Below, one piece after another: positions 24,681 to 40,289 of a stretch of DNA of 64,000 nucleotides. Below the pieces are notes generated by a model that did not search any database, was not told the origin of the DNA, and was given only the letters and a program-made list of their open reading frames with translations. Origin of the DNA: Adineta vaga (lineage: Eukaryota > Animalia > Rotifera); NCBI GenBank assembly GCA_021613535.1, contig CP075493.1, positions 372,001 to 436,000 of the forward strand, given 5' to 3'. Within the stretch, counting starts at the first letter, position 1; each line of letters starts with the position of its first letter. Both the position numbers and the translations under genes were made by a program.

Positions 24681-27037
24681 GTCAAAAGTAAAAAATCATT
24701 TACATAATTGGACTGTGAAATAATTATTTTAATTGATAATTATGTGTAAAATCGATTAATGTCCTTACAGTCAATTGAAATCTTATAAAAGAATTAGAAT
24801 TGTCGAAAATTTAATCGGTTTTAATCATGATGAAGAAAAACTGAGTTTTTCTCGAAAATCGAATTATCAAAAAGAACTTCGCGACCTTTTTCAGAATCCT
24901 CATATCGACAAATAGTGGGCCAACAGCAAAGCAGACTGTGACATCCTTCACGCTGTGCTATCTATGTAAAAAAGTTTTTCGAAAAAAATCATGATTAAAA
25001 CTGATTTTGTTTTCTTTAAAAAGGAATTAAAATGGCACTATTGCAATCACTTTTTAGTCGGATTACTGGATTCTCAATTGATTTCAACTATTGTATCAGT
25101 CATTTTCCGTTTTAATCAATTTTAATCGGTTAACTACATCTTCATCGATTCGAATATTCGTGATATGCGCTGTGATATTGAGACAAAGATAAGGCTCAGT
25201 GTTATGTATCGAAGTTAACTGAATTTTGTTGTGATAATATGTCTACTATTTGTCAACGAGAGTAGTCAGAAAAACGTATTTTTAGCTCGTATTTTCTTCG
25301 TAGGATCATCAAAGAAAACCGCATTTTCAATGTAAAGGATTAAAATATCAAGATTGATTAGAAACGATTGAAACCGTGTAATCCGATTAAAAACTTATTA
25401 TAATAGTGCCATTTTATTTCATTTTTAGTGAAAACAAATTGATTTTAATCATGATTTTTCCCTGAAAAGTTTTACATGAGTAGTTACGATATAGCTCGAT
25501 ACTTACACATCCAGACAAAATACTAATGGTCCAGATTAGAATCGATTTTTCATATAAATCTGCTTAAATGAATTTTTCGATAATAATCAATTTTAAGTGA
25601 TGTTTTTTTTGATTAGAAATCGGATGGAAATCGAATGAAAATCGTAGCATTTAAATCGATTTTTCATCACAAAAAAATCGATTAAAATCAATTTTTTTGC
25701 ACCTGTTTTTACATGCGATAATCCGTGACCGCAACGGAAACGGTAGGATCCGGCACGTATCCTTTTATTCGTAAAAGTTCAACGGATCCTTTCTTGGGAA
25801 CCGCGAGGGATCCGGTTACCGCATCCGAAAATTTAATCCGGACTGCGGAATCCGATGGATTTACACCGGAAACGGTTGACCGTATCCGAAGATTCGATCC
25901 TTGTCTGGGAATCGATTGGAACTGCTTGGGAAACGGATGACCGGATACGAAGTTGGATTCCGGCTCCGGGAAATCATCGGAAATTTATGGATCCTGCCAG
26001 TTCCTGCCGTACCAGATTGACATGGGGATAGGATCACGTAAATGTGTGAATAGGAAAGAATGACTAACTCATCCCTCCTATAAGTGGAAACGTTATATGG
26101 TGAATGCCTAACACATAATCTGTTGGCACAAATAGGACGTAAGCAAATGCTTCTATTCCTTTTTATCTGTATCCAGAACTACGATAAAGTCTTGCAGTTT
26201 TGTTCAGATGGGAGAAACTTGTAAAATACAAGTGTGAGAGTTTTAATAATAATCCATAATGAACGTCGTAATCACCTCAAATCATACTAAGTCGATACCG
26301 CTGGCTTCTCAAGCAAACTAATCTTGTAATAGTCGTATATTATTTGAAGCAATAATCTGCATTATCATGGATCCTACGAGATCCCACGATATTCTATGGA
26401 TTCTTATAGATCTTGATAGATATCTTAGATCTTCTTGGATCCTGGGATCTCTTAGGATCCATCTGGGCCCGCTTTTCCCCCCTTAGTCAAAACCATGTAA
26501 TTGTCTGAATTAGAGAACAGTCTTTGACCTTAAACTAGTCAATTTGAACTAAATTTGCCAGAAGGAGTTTGAAAACATCTCATTGAAGAGTAATGTTTTT
26601 CCAAAAATTAAAACAAACTCTTTCATACCAGTGGATCTTTTTTATGACCGCGTGTTTAATAGTATGTTCTGTAGAAGAACGAAGGTCGAGTCTCAAACCA
26701 TTATCGATATTCATCATTTATGCAAGGCAAAACTGTCACACAATTCTGCTATGTTCTCAAAGGGTGTAAACAACGGATGCTACCATCACACCATTCTTCT
26801 TGAGTGAGCAATTGATTTTCTCGCTAACTTTTCGATTAAAGATATGGAATATCACCATCTTCAGCTTCAAATCTCAGATGAGATTCCTCCATATAGTACC
26901 AACCCAAGTGGTCATGCTACTTTAGCAGTACTATATATTATTCAGGAGCAGAGAAATAGATATTTTTTATTGTTTCTTTGCAGAGTCTTTATTTTGTACG
27001 GACTTTGTATGTCAAAAAACTGTCAAGAAGACTACTT

Positions 27038-30000
27038 TTATGAACTGTTTCGAATAAGCATTCGATAATAGGCACCATGTTGCTTCATTAGCTCATCGTG
27101 CGTTCCACTCTCCACAATACGTCCACTGTCAACTACACAAATGAGATCACATGAACGAATAGTCGAAAGACGATGAGCAATAATGAGTGATGCTCGACTT
27201 GGATCTTCTTCTTGTGTTTTTTCCAGAGCTTGCTGTACAATCTACAAATAACGTTCGATTTTTCGACAAGAAAAGAAGAAAAATGACGAACTCGTTCATT
27301 ATGTGAGTCCATAGCACTTGTGCTTTCATCCAACAGCAATAGTTTCGGTCGACGAAAAATGGTGCGAGCTATAGCAATACGCTGCTTTTCGCCGCCCGAC
27401 AAGAAGCCACCTTTCATCCCCACTTTCGTCGCATATCCCTAGTTTTACAGAAAATGAGACAAATATCTATTATTATTTGTTCACTCACTTGTGGTAGTTG
27501 TTGAATAAATTCATGAACATTAGCTTTAGTTGCTGCAGCCATGACATCTTCAAGCGAAAATGTTTCTTTCCCGTAGGCTATATTCTCAGCAATTGTCATA
27601 TCGAACAAGACTGGCTCTTGACTGACAAGGCCAATGCAAGAACGAACCGAGTAAATATTCAGTTGTCGAATATCAACTCCATCGAGACGCTAGGTTTCGT
27701 TGACAAGCACCATATAATTGTATAAATATGAAAATAAACGTGAATTACTTACTAATTGACCTGATGTTACATCATAGAATCGTTCTAAGAGTTGAACGAT
27801 CGTTGATTTTCCACAGCCTGATGCACCTGTATTCATAGGGATATAAAGTTATTCAAGAGCAGAGATAAAAATATAAGTAACACTTACCAACAAGAGCTAC
27901 ACGTTGATCTAGCCAAAGCATAAAGGAAAAAAGTAGATGAAAATAAGATATATATATATCACTCACTTGGTTTAATGGTCAGTTGAAAGTTATTGAGAAC
28001 CGATGATCTTGGTCGAGTAGGATAAGCAAATTTTATTTGGTTAAATTCGATTTCACCATGAAAGTCGAACTATGTATTAAGTAAACCGAAGTGCGTAAAT
28101 ACAGATACAAGCTGTACTGATTTTTCTCGCTATGAAAACTCAGTTATATATTCACATGCACTAATCAACAGACATATGCATCGACATCTGTGTAAGTATT
28201 TCATGACACTCGCAAATGGAAACATGCACTCTGTGTATGTGTAAGAACCTCCACGCTCACCTTCAGGAAAAAAGGACGCCTGTACTAACATTTTATGGCA
28301 CCCACAAAGAGAGATAAGTCCTTAATGTATCTCGGCGTCATCTACACTCAGAAAAATTCTGATATATGCATCAATGTTTTTATACATGTATTTGAGTCGG
28401 TACATGATTTCTACAATTCCACGTTTTTTCGGGGTATGTTGTGTTGTTTCATGTATTAATACGTATATTGAGTCGATATATCGATCTAGATTTGAGTACA
28501 TGTATCAACATATATACTTGTAAAAACTCTAGAACTTCAAAAATAATGTATTGAATTGATTCATGTATTCAAATTTCGATTTTTGTAACATTTTATCGAT
28601 ATATGTACTTATATCTACGTATACCGAGAAGCTTAGTACAAGTTATATCTGTATACATGCATTTGTGTAGGTAAACATAGTTATGGACATAATATATGGC
28701 TTCAAGAACAACTAACCAGTTCTTGACCTTCAGTTGAACGGTTGTCGATTGTTGGTGTTCGATCAAATAAATCAAAAAAACTTTGAGCTCCTGTTATGGA
28801 GGTACCAATATCGTCACACCTACGCATAGATAGTTCAAATGGACTGCTAGAGACTGAATTGATTACTTACATGCTTAGACATATTTGCATGATTTGTAAG
28901 AAAAAGGTAGCAAAAGCAAATATCCTGAAATAATGTATTTAACAAGTCAAACCTTTACGAAATAGAAATAAGACTTTCTGTGTACTTACATTATAACATT
29001 GCGCGAATTTAACTCATGCTGTTCAACAAGAACAAGAGCACGCCAATAAAGAGCTGCGAGAACGAAGGAGTGTAAGCCCCAGATGACACCAATTCCTATT
29101 GCTACAATTATTGCTGTTTTTCGACGCATACTACAAGAACATTCTTGTAAACGTATATAGATAGTAATAGACATACTGACATGAATACTGTATAAACTAT
29201 TTCAGAATATTGTCGCAAAACTTCTTTTTCGATTGTTAACTGTTTCACTGTGCGCATATTGTGGATGACTTCGACAGCGAGCTATTAAATGAAAAACAGC
29301 AAATGACGGTTACATCTATTCTCATAAGTAGAGAAACAACGAAACGGTCGACACGTTTTAAATCTCTTTTAGTGTCTAATAGATAGTGATAATCTAGCTG
29401 ATCTTACCGAACTTCCTTGTTCAAGGAGCAAATTTGAGCGTTTAGTGAGTTGCGCCTGCAAGTTTATATTAATGTACGAGACAGAGAAATTAATCATCAC
29501 ACCAATAAACACGATTAATGTCAATTGCCAACTGAAGAAAACGCCAAGGATAAAACCAAAAACGATTACGGTCAAAGTTTCAAAAATGACACCTAATCGT
29601 GTGCCAGTTATCTGTTGTAAAGCTAACGCATCTGACGAAAGACGAGCACATATAGAACCAGAACTGTTTTCTGGTCGATCAAAATAGGCAACTTCTTGAC
29701 GAAGAAAATCAGCAAAAGCTTTAGCACGAACACGCTGTGTCAGTTTCGAGCCGGATAACGCAAAAGCAGTGTACTAGGAAAAAAAAACAGGAAAAAATGC
29801 TGATCAATATCATCAACGATATTCCTACTTGAAAGAAACGAATAACTATTGTGAGAAGACCTATCAATAAGAAAAGAGAACTGACAATAAGTACTTGTCG
29901 CTGTCTTTCAGAATATATGCATTCCCGTAATGCCTAAAATATGAAACGAGGCATAGTTTTAATCTCCTTACATCATTTTCTCTTTAGCTAAATGACTTAC

Positions 30001-33000
30001 ATGAACTATCTTTGAGAGCAAATAGGCCATGATTGGCATAGTGACTCCACCACAGATAGCTGCTATACAACCGGCTAGAATAGTTTTCCATTCTGGACTG
30101 TTCATCGATAAAAGTCTCAACAATGTGTTTCGCCGTGCAACAGACGATAAGCTTTTCTAAGGAACAAATTTCGTTTAAAAAATACTGATAAATAGTTAGA
30201 TTTCTATACGTACTCTTTCAGCATTGATAACTTCAGCATTGCTGAGCAGACGAGAACGCTCGGCTATTGACACAGAATATTTAAAAAATTGTTTGTTGAA
30301 CAACAACTACATACTTATTTCTTTTTCGTCTTCATCTTCTATTTCTTGTTTGGTCATTGTCTCGTACGCATTATCGTTCCATCGTTCTGTTTCTTGAGCT
30401 TTAACCATGTTCTGATATTTACCTCCTTCTTTAGCCATCAATGTTTCATGCGTTCCCTCTTCAACTACATTTCCTTTATCTAATACATAAATATGATGTG
30501 CATTTTTAACTGTTGTAAGACGGTGAGTAATCACAATTGTCGTGCGACCTATGTATAGTGGAATAATGAAAAAACAGAATAAGTGACTTATATACTTTTG
30601 CACGCTTCATCGAGTGCTTTTTGAACAACTCTCTCGTTGGTATTGTCAAGTGCGCTCGTTGCTTCATCCAATAAAAGTAAAGTCGGTTGTTTAACAAGAG
30701 CTCGAGCTAATGCCACACGTTGTTTCTCACCACCACTTAACTGAGCACCACGTTCTCCGACTAGTGTGTTATATTTCTACAAATTGAAAGACAACAAAGG
30801 ATAAATAAGCACAACTAAGTGGATGTTTGATACAAACATCAGGAAGTTGCATGATGAAATTGTGTGCATTGGCTTGTCGTGCTGCTTCTTCAATTTGAAG
30901 GCTCGTCGCATTTAGATTTCCGTAACGAATGTTTTCGTAAATACTTGTACCAAATAGAATCTATAGGAATATTCAAGAGAACAAAACAAAACAGCAGAAG
31001 AGACATACCGGTTCCTGACTAACGACCCCAATGTTTTGTCGAAGTTGTTTGATATCGTACTCGGCGATCGGTCGACCATTTAGCGTAACACTACCTGATG
31101 ATGGTTCATAATATCGAAGGATAAGCGATACGCATGTACTTTTCCCTTTTCATTTTGATAGAATGTTAGTCGCTCAGCATATCTACTTTATCAAAAACTC
31201 ACCACAGCCACTTAAACCTACTAAAGCAGTTGTCTCATCAGCACGAGCTACTAGGCTGAGATTACGTAGAATAGGTGACTCTTGTCTGGCAGGATAGGCA
31301 AAGTAAACATTACTAAACTCAATATCGCCATTGATATTTATTGATTCTTTGTATGAGTGAGTTCCATCCCATATCTGTTTCCCATATTCATCTGTTTCTT
31401 CTGCCTAAATTGCAGAGGTGAATAGACAACTCATTAATAGAAATGATAGATCATTTATATATATCTTACTTCATCAATCAATCTAAATACTTGTACTGCC
31501 GCACCTCTGGCTTCTGCAAATGACTGCAAGAACAAACCCATAAAGCCGAGAGAAGCAACGCTTTGCGCATAAAGGAGCACTACCTATTTGAAGCGTGAAA
31601 TATCATACACTACGAACGTTTAAATGACTAACGTACAACAAGAATATCCCCGATAGTCACCACGCTCCGTCCACCGTAATGCATGAGAATTGTGCCAGCG
31701 ATGAAACCAACGGCTTCCAGAAGATAATCTACAAAAGTAAACCACCCGGCAAAAAGACCCAAAAAAGCACCTTTACGCACACTACTCCAACGAGTTGCGC
31801 TCAGTTCTTGCTCGTACCTACATAAAAAACAAAGAATACACGCTCTTTTTCGCTTATATAGACTACGAATGATTAAATTACGTTGTTAACAAAAAAAACT
31901 ATACAGTTTTAAAAATTACTAAGGTCAACGATTCCGGCGTCCGATTTAGATCGGAGTCTGTTGGAAACATGGTTTTTTTCCTGACCATTCCTACCGTTTC
32001 CTGAAGAGAAGGAACCGAAAAGTGAAAGCAGTATTCAAGACCGGAAAGACAGCGTGGCGGAAACATCGCCTTCCGCACAAATCTGCCACCACAATTACAC
32101 GAGAACTAAACCATCCTCTGCGAAAAAAGTCATGAAGCTTGTCAAAATTTTATCAGTACTAGCCATATACAAGAATCAACCACTTCCGGTGGAACAGTTC
32201 ACAGACTTTTCCCCTACGAATACTTCATAAACTTCCAAAAACTCCTTGCCGCTTCGATACCAATTCCAAAAAGATCTCCCTGAGATCTTCTTATGTACTA
32301 CCCTAAGGGCGAAGAAAACACGTGAGAGATCCGTTCAAAGACACAAAAAAATGTTTTCGAGACCCAGTTGAGGCTCTGTCAGAAACTGCAAATTGTTATC
32401 TTCTTGGTATTTTAACAGGAGGGGGTTGAGAGCTAATATGGCCTTACATATAGCGTTTTGGCCAAATATTAGGAAAGATCTTTCTGAGTGCGTTGGCCTC
32501 AAAGACTTAGAAAGTCGTTTTTGGCAGATGGTAGAATCTTATGTTTACAAATATCATTTAACTAAGTTGAATTTTGTTCGTTGAAAACAAAATCTCTGCG
32601 AACCGTTATGCTAAGCTCTTATAGTTTTAAATGAAAAAAATCGTAAGAATTGTAGGACAAATCGTTAATCAATTGTTACTATTTGTTGATCAGCAAGGTT
32701 GTGTGCATATTTATAGTCTTAATACAATCTTTGTGAACAGTCATATAAAGTTGATGTTTTTTTTATCTATGATGATAAGAAATTTTGTGGTTGCTTGCGC
32801 CGCACTTTTGATCTATTTCAAAAATTTAAAAATTCAACATAATCACATATTCACTTTACAAGAGATTATTTTCATTATGTTTTAATTAAAAACGGTTTAT
32901 AATCGGTCGAATTTGTATCGTTTCGACTCACCTATAATCCATGTTTAAAAAATCATCATTTTTTTGTGTTTATCTTTGCCCCTATTCTTTTGACGACTCA

Positions 33001-36000
33001 TATAAAAGAAAACTCTAAGAAAACAAATATTACTTTTATCACGAATTACCGACTTATCAGTTGAAAGCTCATGTGATTGAAAAAGAGATGTTAAGAACCG
33101 TTTTCTCAATATGATACTATACTGAAGACAGCAAACGTATATATACATATATTGTTTCTGAGCACATGAATTGGCGAAAACTAAGCAGAAAACGATGATT
33201 TGAATCGAGATGACTATACTGTCCGAATATTCGTGAAACAACTAGACATATTCGGTCGTTTCCCACCGTACCTGGTTGACCTCGGCTTGTTTACGAGATC
33301 TTATGTCAGACGTCCTGCAGGAAATGAGCATCTTCGTCATTTTACAGAAAGACGTGTCCGAGTCGGACGTCGCCAGATTTTTCTAGTAGTTTTCTCACCA
33401 TTTCCAACCGGACACAGCGGGAAAGTGAGCAAAAAATCTCGGTGGCTTCCCGTTTGAAACACTGCTTCCATGATTCGGTGATTTACGTTACGTTCCGGTC
33501 GGCTCCGGCTCAGACGCTTCGACCACGATATAAGTTACCGATAACTGCTACCTTTAGATAGATGTGTCCGAGAACTGAGAGAGGAGACCTAAAGTATCAA
33601 GACAGTAAAAGCAAAGTCAAGATTATTCTCTTACAATCATAAACCGACCATCAAGTCTGTTACAGTTTCATTTTTCTAACAACTAAAGTGGTACACTCTC
33701 TACAATATATCTCAGATTTACACATTTGTCTTTACAGAGATTTTTAAGAATGTGGAAATGAGTGCAAAAAATGTCGTTGTTATTACATTACTTTTGACTT
33801 CGAGAATTTAGGAAAAAAGACGCATTAAACTCCGTAGAATCTTTTAAAAGTTTTATAATAGTATATTTAAGAATATTATGTTGGTTACATAACATACACA
33901 AGAAGATGAAAAGATGACGAAAACGTTATTATATACAATGCACAATGAGCGTAAAGTAAAGTGTGTTTGGACGATATTAAAGAAGAAACGAATAGTATTA
34001 AAAGACTGCGGCCCTATTTTTCTGTACTGCTGGTTGTCGTTGTATCTTAATTTCGAAAAATAAAAGTCCACGCTACTGGACTGTATTTTTCAACCAAAAC
34101 TAAACTACTGGTCTAAAACTGAACGATGATTAGTAGCGACATTCATTCATCGATATATACACTGTTCCTCAATCAGTCGCTGACTAAGCACTTTGCATTA
34201 CAAGCTGTCTGCATAGCAAGTCACAAATAGTGCTGATTCTAGAATAATATCTGCATTTATAATTGATAAATATTGTGTTTGGACTTTCGGCAACATTGCA
34301 TTATATATATTGTCGGAAGTGCAATAATTAAAGAATAAATGAATCACTATTGGCTATTGTCGAAGTTACAGTTTGACAGTGGGCAAAAATCAAGCAAAAA
34401 CACAAATTTCGACAATTGCCAAAAATCAACTGCGAAAGTCACTACTGCAAAATTTGCGTTTATTATCACTACATGAAAGAACAAAAAGTTCTTCCAGCTT
34501 TCTGCGCAGAAACAAGGTAATGGCGCCACTACTTTTGGATTGGTCAAAGTCAATAATTGTTGTTTATTTCTATTCATCTAACAGTGGGTGAAGATAAAAA
34601 AACTCACGAGGGAAGTAGCCAAAGTCTCTCTTCGATTTAGAGCTCATACTTTGGCCATAACTAGACCTCAATATGAATAGCAAAAACCAAAAAGGATTCG
34701 TGTCTATGGGTTATTGCAGCTCAGTAATGACCGTTTTACTGAAGTTTTGGTTTTCGCTAGCGTATGAGCTCTAAATCGATGGGATACTTTGGATACCTCT
34801 CTTGTCAGTAAATTTTCGTCTTTTTCTGGTTGTTTGTGCACTCAAAAAGTGAGTACACTCTAGAATCGATTAGTATGTCCGGTCGTTTACCCGATAACAT
34901 TTGGAAGGCTAATGCGATTGTCATGAAGTTTTGAATACAGCATTATCTCATCAGTATCTCGGTCGAGTTCGAAGATGAGAATGATTGGTCGAGCTGTTCC
35001 TAAGTTATCCTGAAAATCGTCATTTTTCCCTACATGAAAATCGACCTGTTTTCGCTCTCGTAAAAACCTGTTCCTGTCATAAACAAATAAAACCTCAACT
35101 ATTATATACCATGTGACAGAGAATATCACGCGCTACAAAACGCTATGTAAAACATAAAGAAACAAGAAGGCTAACTCACCTATTGCAAAAATCATTAAAA
35201 GGGAATTAGTACTGTTTTTGTCCACGCTCTAATTGATCCAATATTAGAGCTGTCTTTCGATCCTAGAGATGATACTTCGAGGCATTCTGGGTCGGAGAAT
35301 TCGAATCTGAGCTGCCTATGCCTTTAAATCTTATTGGCCGAGTAGTTACCCACAGAAACCAAGTTATAGGAAAAATAATTTTTTTAAGTTAAATGAAAGC
35401 GAAGAGTTCAGATGTTAACTGTATTCGTCTCGAAATCTTATTGATTTACCAGCAGCCAATAGAAATCAAGTTTTTATACAAAAAAGGTTTGTCAGGATAG
35501 TTTTCAGGTTCACACATTCCAGAATGAGTCATCTGTCTCATAGGCGGCGGTGCGTCTTGAATCCAAGCGGAGCTCATAGTGTTTTCTTCTTACAATTAAT
35601 CGAACCGCGGTGATTTAATTCTTATGAGAGAATTAACCAAAGCTCTTTTACTTCATTTAGCAGACCAACAGAATAAATCAATAAAAAGATGTTAGACTTT
35701 TCGCAAAACTTTTTGTCTTTTATTCTTTGGAAAGATTAATATATCGCCGTTTTCCTAAGAAATTTCTCTTAGAGTCCAATAAAACTTCATTTGTTGTATA
35801 CCATTCGATAGAAAACTTTACGAGCTACAAAATGATACATAATATATAAAGAAATAAGGAGCCTAAGTTACTCATATGGCAAACATAATTATGCAGAAAA
35901 TGGTTCCATTGTTGTCGACGATCTCGTTGATCCAAAATTAGGGCTCTATCTTCACATTACAAATATGTTACTTCGAAACCCGACTGGTTGAACAGGACAC

Positions 36001-39000
36001 AATAAAAATGAAACTATCCCAGGTGGAACGTGTCGGTCCGCACAGAGTTGGAACCGGACCAGTTGGATAGCGTGGACTCGCCGGTCGTCTCCGGCCTCAT
36101 ACAGTTCTTTTATTGCCGTACACCCTCTCAGGTTTCAGTCAGAAGATAAATTTTATGCTTCTGCACACACTATTTTTTCTACGATTCATGTAAAACTGTA
36201 CGTCTAAGTTCTTTATTTGATATGTCGACAACTATAGAGACAAGTACTACTATTTCAATAAACGTTGTTCTAATTAAAAACACAAGAAATAGAAGTTCTT
36301 TCACGTATCACTAATCAAAGAAGAGAGCGCCTTATGACGCCAGGCAACTCTGGGTTCGCATACGGATCATATTCGGACCGTAGAGTGAGCGCAGAAATAC
36401 GGACCTTATGATCATTAAAATTTGACGTATACGGCCGTATACCGTAAAAATACGGCCTTGTATTACTGTGCCCCAAAAACGGTCTCGTAAATACAGTACT
36501 TCTTCCTAATAACGACACTAAAACGAAACTTTATTTTGTTTCTATCAGCGTTCATCTATATTACGACCGATTTCAAACAACCTTATATTTGGGAAATCTC
36601 TGGATGACGCTCTTTCGAATGATGTATTTCCGATCCTTTTTCTCATATGTTTTCGTGGAGAAATCACCGATCTATGATCATGATGTCTTGCTGTCGTTGT
36701 TATGTGCTACTACCATAATAACGACACCCAGCTATTTTTTCGTCCTAATAATGACAACCCCCTAATTTTCGTTCCATAACGATGATAAGCTGATTTTGCA
36801 CCGTCGTATTAGTTCTAGCCACGGTTGGGGAAGCATACACCAACCTTTATGAGCGAGGTGTCGTTATTAGGGAGAAGTACTGTATTTACGAGACCGTTTT
36901 GGGGCACAATAATACAAGGCCGTATTTTCACGGTATACGGCCGTATACGTCTTAATTTTAATGATCATACGGTCCGTATTTCGCGCTCACTCTACGGTCC
37001 GTATACGGACAGTATCTTTCGACCTGGGATAATGAATATGGTTGTCTTAGGGTAATTGAAGCCGGAGAGTTGAAATATGAGCTCTATTTGTTCCCAAATC
37101 CTTTCGGACGAGCAACAGTCAATAGAAATGGTGCTCATAAAAAAGATTTATTATGATAGTGTTGGTATCCAGACATTCTAGAATAACTCATCTGTATCAT
37201 ATACTTTTTGTAGTACACATAACTTTCGGATAAAATCCAAAGTTTCCACATTTATTATGAAGTATGTCGGGTTTCACATAAGCTCGTATGAGTTGTATTT
37301 CTTGAAACGGAAGCGCATATAAGTTAATCTTTTTTTATTGTAGACACAGTTCATCGACCTCTACTAGATGAAAAAAATTCCGGCCAATTTGAAGACCTTT
37401 GTTATTTTGGGGAAAAACTCCGTGGAATAGATTTTTTTGGAAACCCAACTTCGCTAGACATAGTATGAACGTATCATTATTGAGTAAGTAACTTACCGTT
37501 TTCGTTCAAACATACCACCATTAAGAGAAAGAACAGTGCGAAGAGAACTAAATACTTCTTGAGCGATTTGTCCCGCTCTTGAATACGAGTTCAATTCATT
37601 CATTGACTCTTTCGCGACGAACTAGGAATACTATACATTAAATCAATCGAAAAAAAAACAGAAATACTTACCTTAGCTAAAAGGCGGACACCACCGACCG
37701 TAAGTGGTATGAGACACAACAAAATTAGTGTCAATTTCCAGTTGACTGATAGTGCAATAATAACACCACCAATAGCAGCAAATGTGGTTCCAATTACTGC
37801 CGCTAATTCAAAACCGATACCTCTACTGATATTATCAATGTGGCTATGAGAAAGAATCAAATGATGGTAAGGGTTTTAAATTATTAGAGAGCATACTCGA
37901 ATAGCTTAGCATTAAGCTGACCAGTGGGATTCGTATCGAAATAAGAGGTGCTCTAGGACAAAACAGAAAAGTAGATCTTTGATTCATAATAATATATAAT
38001 CAGTGCAATAGAAGAACGAGTTATCTGAAAACTTCTTCGTTCTTTTCTGTTTTTGATTTGCTTTGTTTATATCTAACACTTTTTTCGAAATATATACCCT
38101 TAGATTGTCTAAAAAAAATACTTTATGCAACATTTCCTAACTGTGACAGTTATAAATTGTACGATTCCGATTACACAGTATTACCAAATCTGAAAGTTGA
38201 ATACAATCACAGAAGACATTTTCAAGTATTCCAGTATTCAACAGTGACACCTTTGCCTTCTATGTGTCTTTCTGTAACATTTTCGGCGACATATACGTTT
38301 CTATGAGAATATCTCAATTCAATAACTCAATATTTAAATATTTAAAAACGTCTTCGATAACTGAATTCACTCCTCCGATTTGATGTGTGTAAAAAAGTTT
38401 CTTTTACATAGAAGGAAAACTCTTCGACGTAATTATGATGATATAACAAAAATAGATTGAGTATTTCGACTTACTCGTTGAATAAGTGATTGAAAGAGGC
38501 GAACACGTATGCGAGTTGTCTGCCGTCTGGCGGACACCGTAAATACATAATATTCCACAACGCTGCAGATGAATTCCACTGTGCCGATAACTATGGATGA
38601 AGAAGAAACAATCAAGTTCATGCTGAATATTACAAAAGAACGAGTTGATTCTGTTTACTTAATAGCCATTCCACTTTATTGATGATTTTGGCTCGAAATG
38701 TGATCATGTGAGGATTCAAAGGCGTTGACGATATTAGCGAATCACTAATGTTGCATAGTCTAAAAATAATTACCGACAAAAAATTAAAAGAATAGAAGCA
38801 TCAACACCCACTAACTTGTTCAGTCGAGCATAATTGAATGAATTGAGTTCAATACCCCACGGACAGCCATTGTTGCGTGAGTCTGTGATGGATAATTTTT
38901 GTTGTTGCAGATGACAGCCATCAGGAGATACGTCAGACGCAAATGCACCTGCGACTCGACCGAAAAGAACGAGACGTGCAGCAAGACAGAAAGCATGCAG

Positions 39001-39361
39001 TATAGAAGAGCATATGCCAATAAAAAGCAAAAGAAGATCGATTCGATCGGCAAAACGGAACTACAATACAGTCGAGTTAGATAAGCTATTTCTCATCTTC
39101 CCAGACTTACCAACTGGAAAAAACCAACATGTGATTCGTTCTCAGTATGTTCACCTTCATCATCTATGTTTCGATAATTATCTTCAGTCTGTTTTTTACT
39201 AAACCAACGACGCCAATCGAAAAAACTAGGAGAAAATGAAAAGATAGATTTGTCGTCTTTAAGCATTTGTTTAGGTCATACGGACTGATCGATTGCCGAT
39301 TTTCGTTATCATGTTCAGGTAACGTATTATTAGTCGTCAATAAAGGCTGAGTATCACTCAT
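27038..39361 (-). CDS. ABCB1: Full-length ABCB (P-glycoprotein/MDR1-like) exporter, multi-exon
   Basis: Putative start MSDTQP (39361), then FRFADRID and TMD1 exons. NBD1 has [24 protein letters not shown] and [14 protein letters not shown]2 has [12 protein letters not shown]2 has [33 protein letters not shown] and IAHRLSTI, with the stop at 27038. Most introns are ~50-65 bp, one is 5.7 kb (31818-37496). Confidence 0.9.
34608..34800. repeat. Palindromic MITE-like element in the ABCB intron
   Basis: gtagccaaagtctctcttcgatttagagctcatac pairs with gtatgagctctaaatcgatgggatactttggatac. Confidence 0.55.
36358..37028. mobile_element. Foldback MITE with ~160-bp tacgg-rich TIRs in the ABCB intron
   Basis: aaatacggacc..gacgtatacggccgtataccg..cctaataacgacac (36396-36518) pairs with gtgtcgttattagg..cggtatacggccgtatacgtc..ggtccgtattt (36858-36981). 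The element ends ttcgacctggg. Confidence 0.75.
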
Positions 39362-40289
39362 TGTTTATTATTGTCGCATAAAGTAATTCAGAAATATTGG
39401 ATATTACACGTATATATAAAAGAAGAAATGTTTGACGGTAAGTTTGCTTGAATAAGCGTGCCGACGTGTTACGCTTCACCTGTAACTATCAACATATGGG
39501 ATGAGTAAACCAATTTATAAGACAAATATTGTGAGCAAACTGCATAAAAAGCGACTCTTATTATATGCGTTACGGTCCATCACATTCGCGAAAAAATGCA
39601 TCGTACAAAACAGCGGCCTTCTAGTGAAAAATGGATTTTTCTATCATGCATTAAAATGCTTTCTTTTTCACGGCTTTTTTTGAAGAAAATGAATATTCGG
39701 TTTCGTATCTTGAGTAAAAATGCTGCTTTATGAAAAGATGAGTCCTTTGCATGCCAACAAACATTTCACATCATCACACTCAAAAATATATTGCTGAAAT
39801 AGATTGTGTTTCATAGTAAAGTAGAGAGTGCATGTTGCTAGATCGATCTACTCGAACTTTTCATGGCCATATACGTTTAATCAATCGTCAGTTGACAGAG
39901 CACGTCAATTCTAACATTCTACTATTAAATTCTGTGTTTTTTTCTGAAATTTCGCAGTCTTAAGACTGTTTACAAAGTGACTTTATTTTACCATTTTTTG
40001 TCATCATTTTCGTATTATACATTTCCGAGTGAGTTATTTTACAAAACTGGCACTCATGTTGTAAACATCGCGCAAGTTGCTCACAATTGGGAAGATGTAG
40101 ATTATATGCCTAGTTTTATGAAAAAAGATTTTCTAATGATCGGATAATCTCTCGCAGGAGACTTTATACAAGATAATTTGTCCGAATGACATAATCCAAT
40201 GGTAATTTATATGTTTGTTCTTTTCGATGAACAACTTATTAAGTCAAGTTTGAAATATGTAATTTAACAAGTACAAAATTGATTGGCAT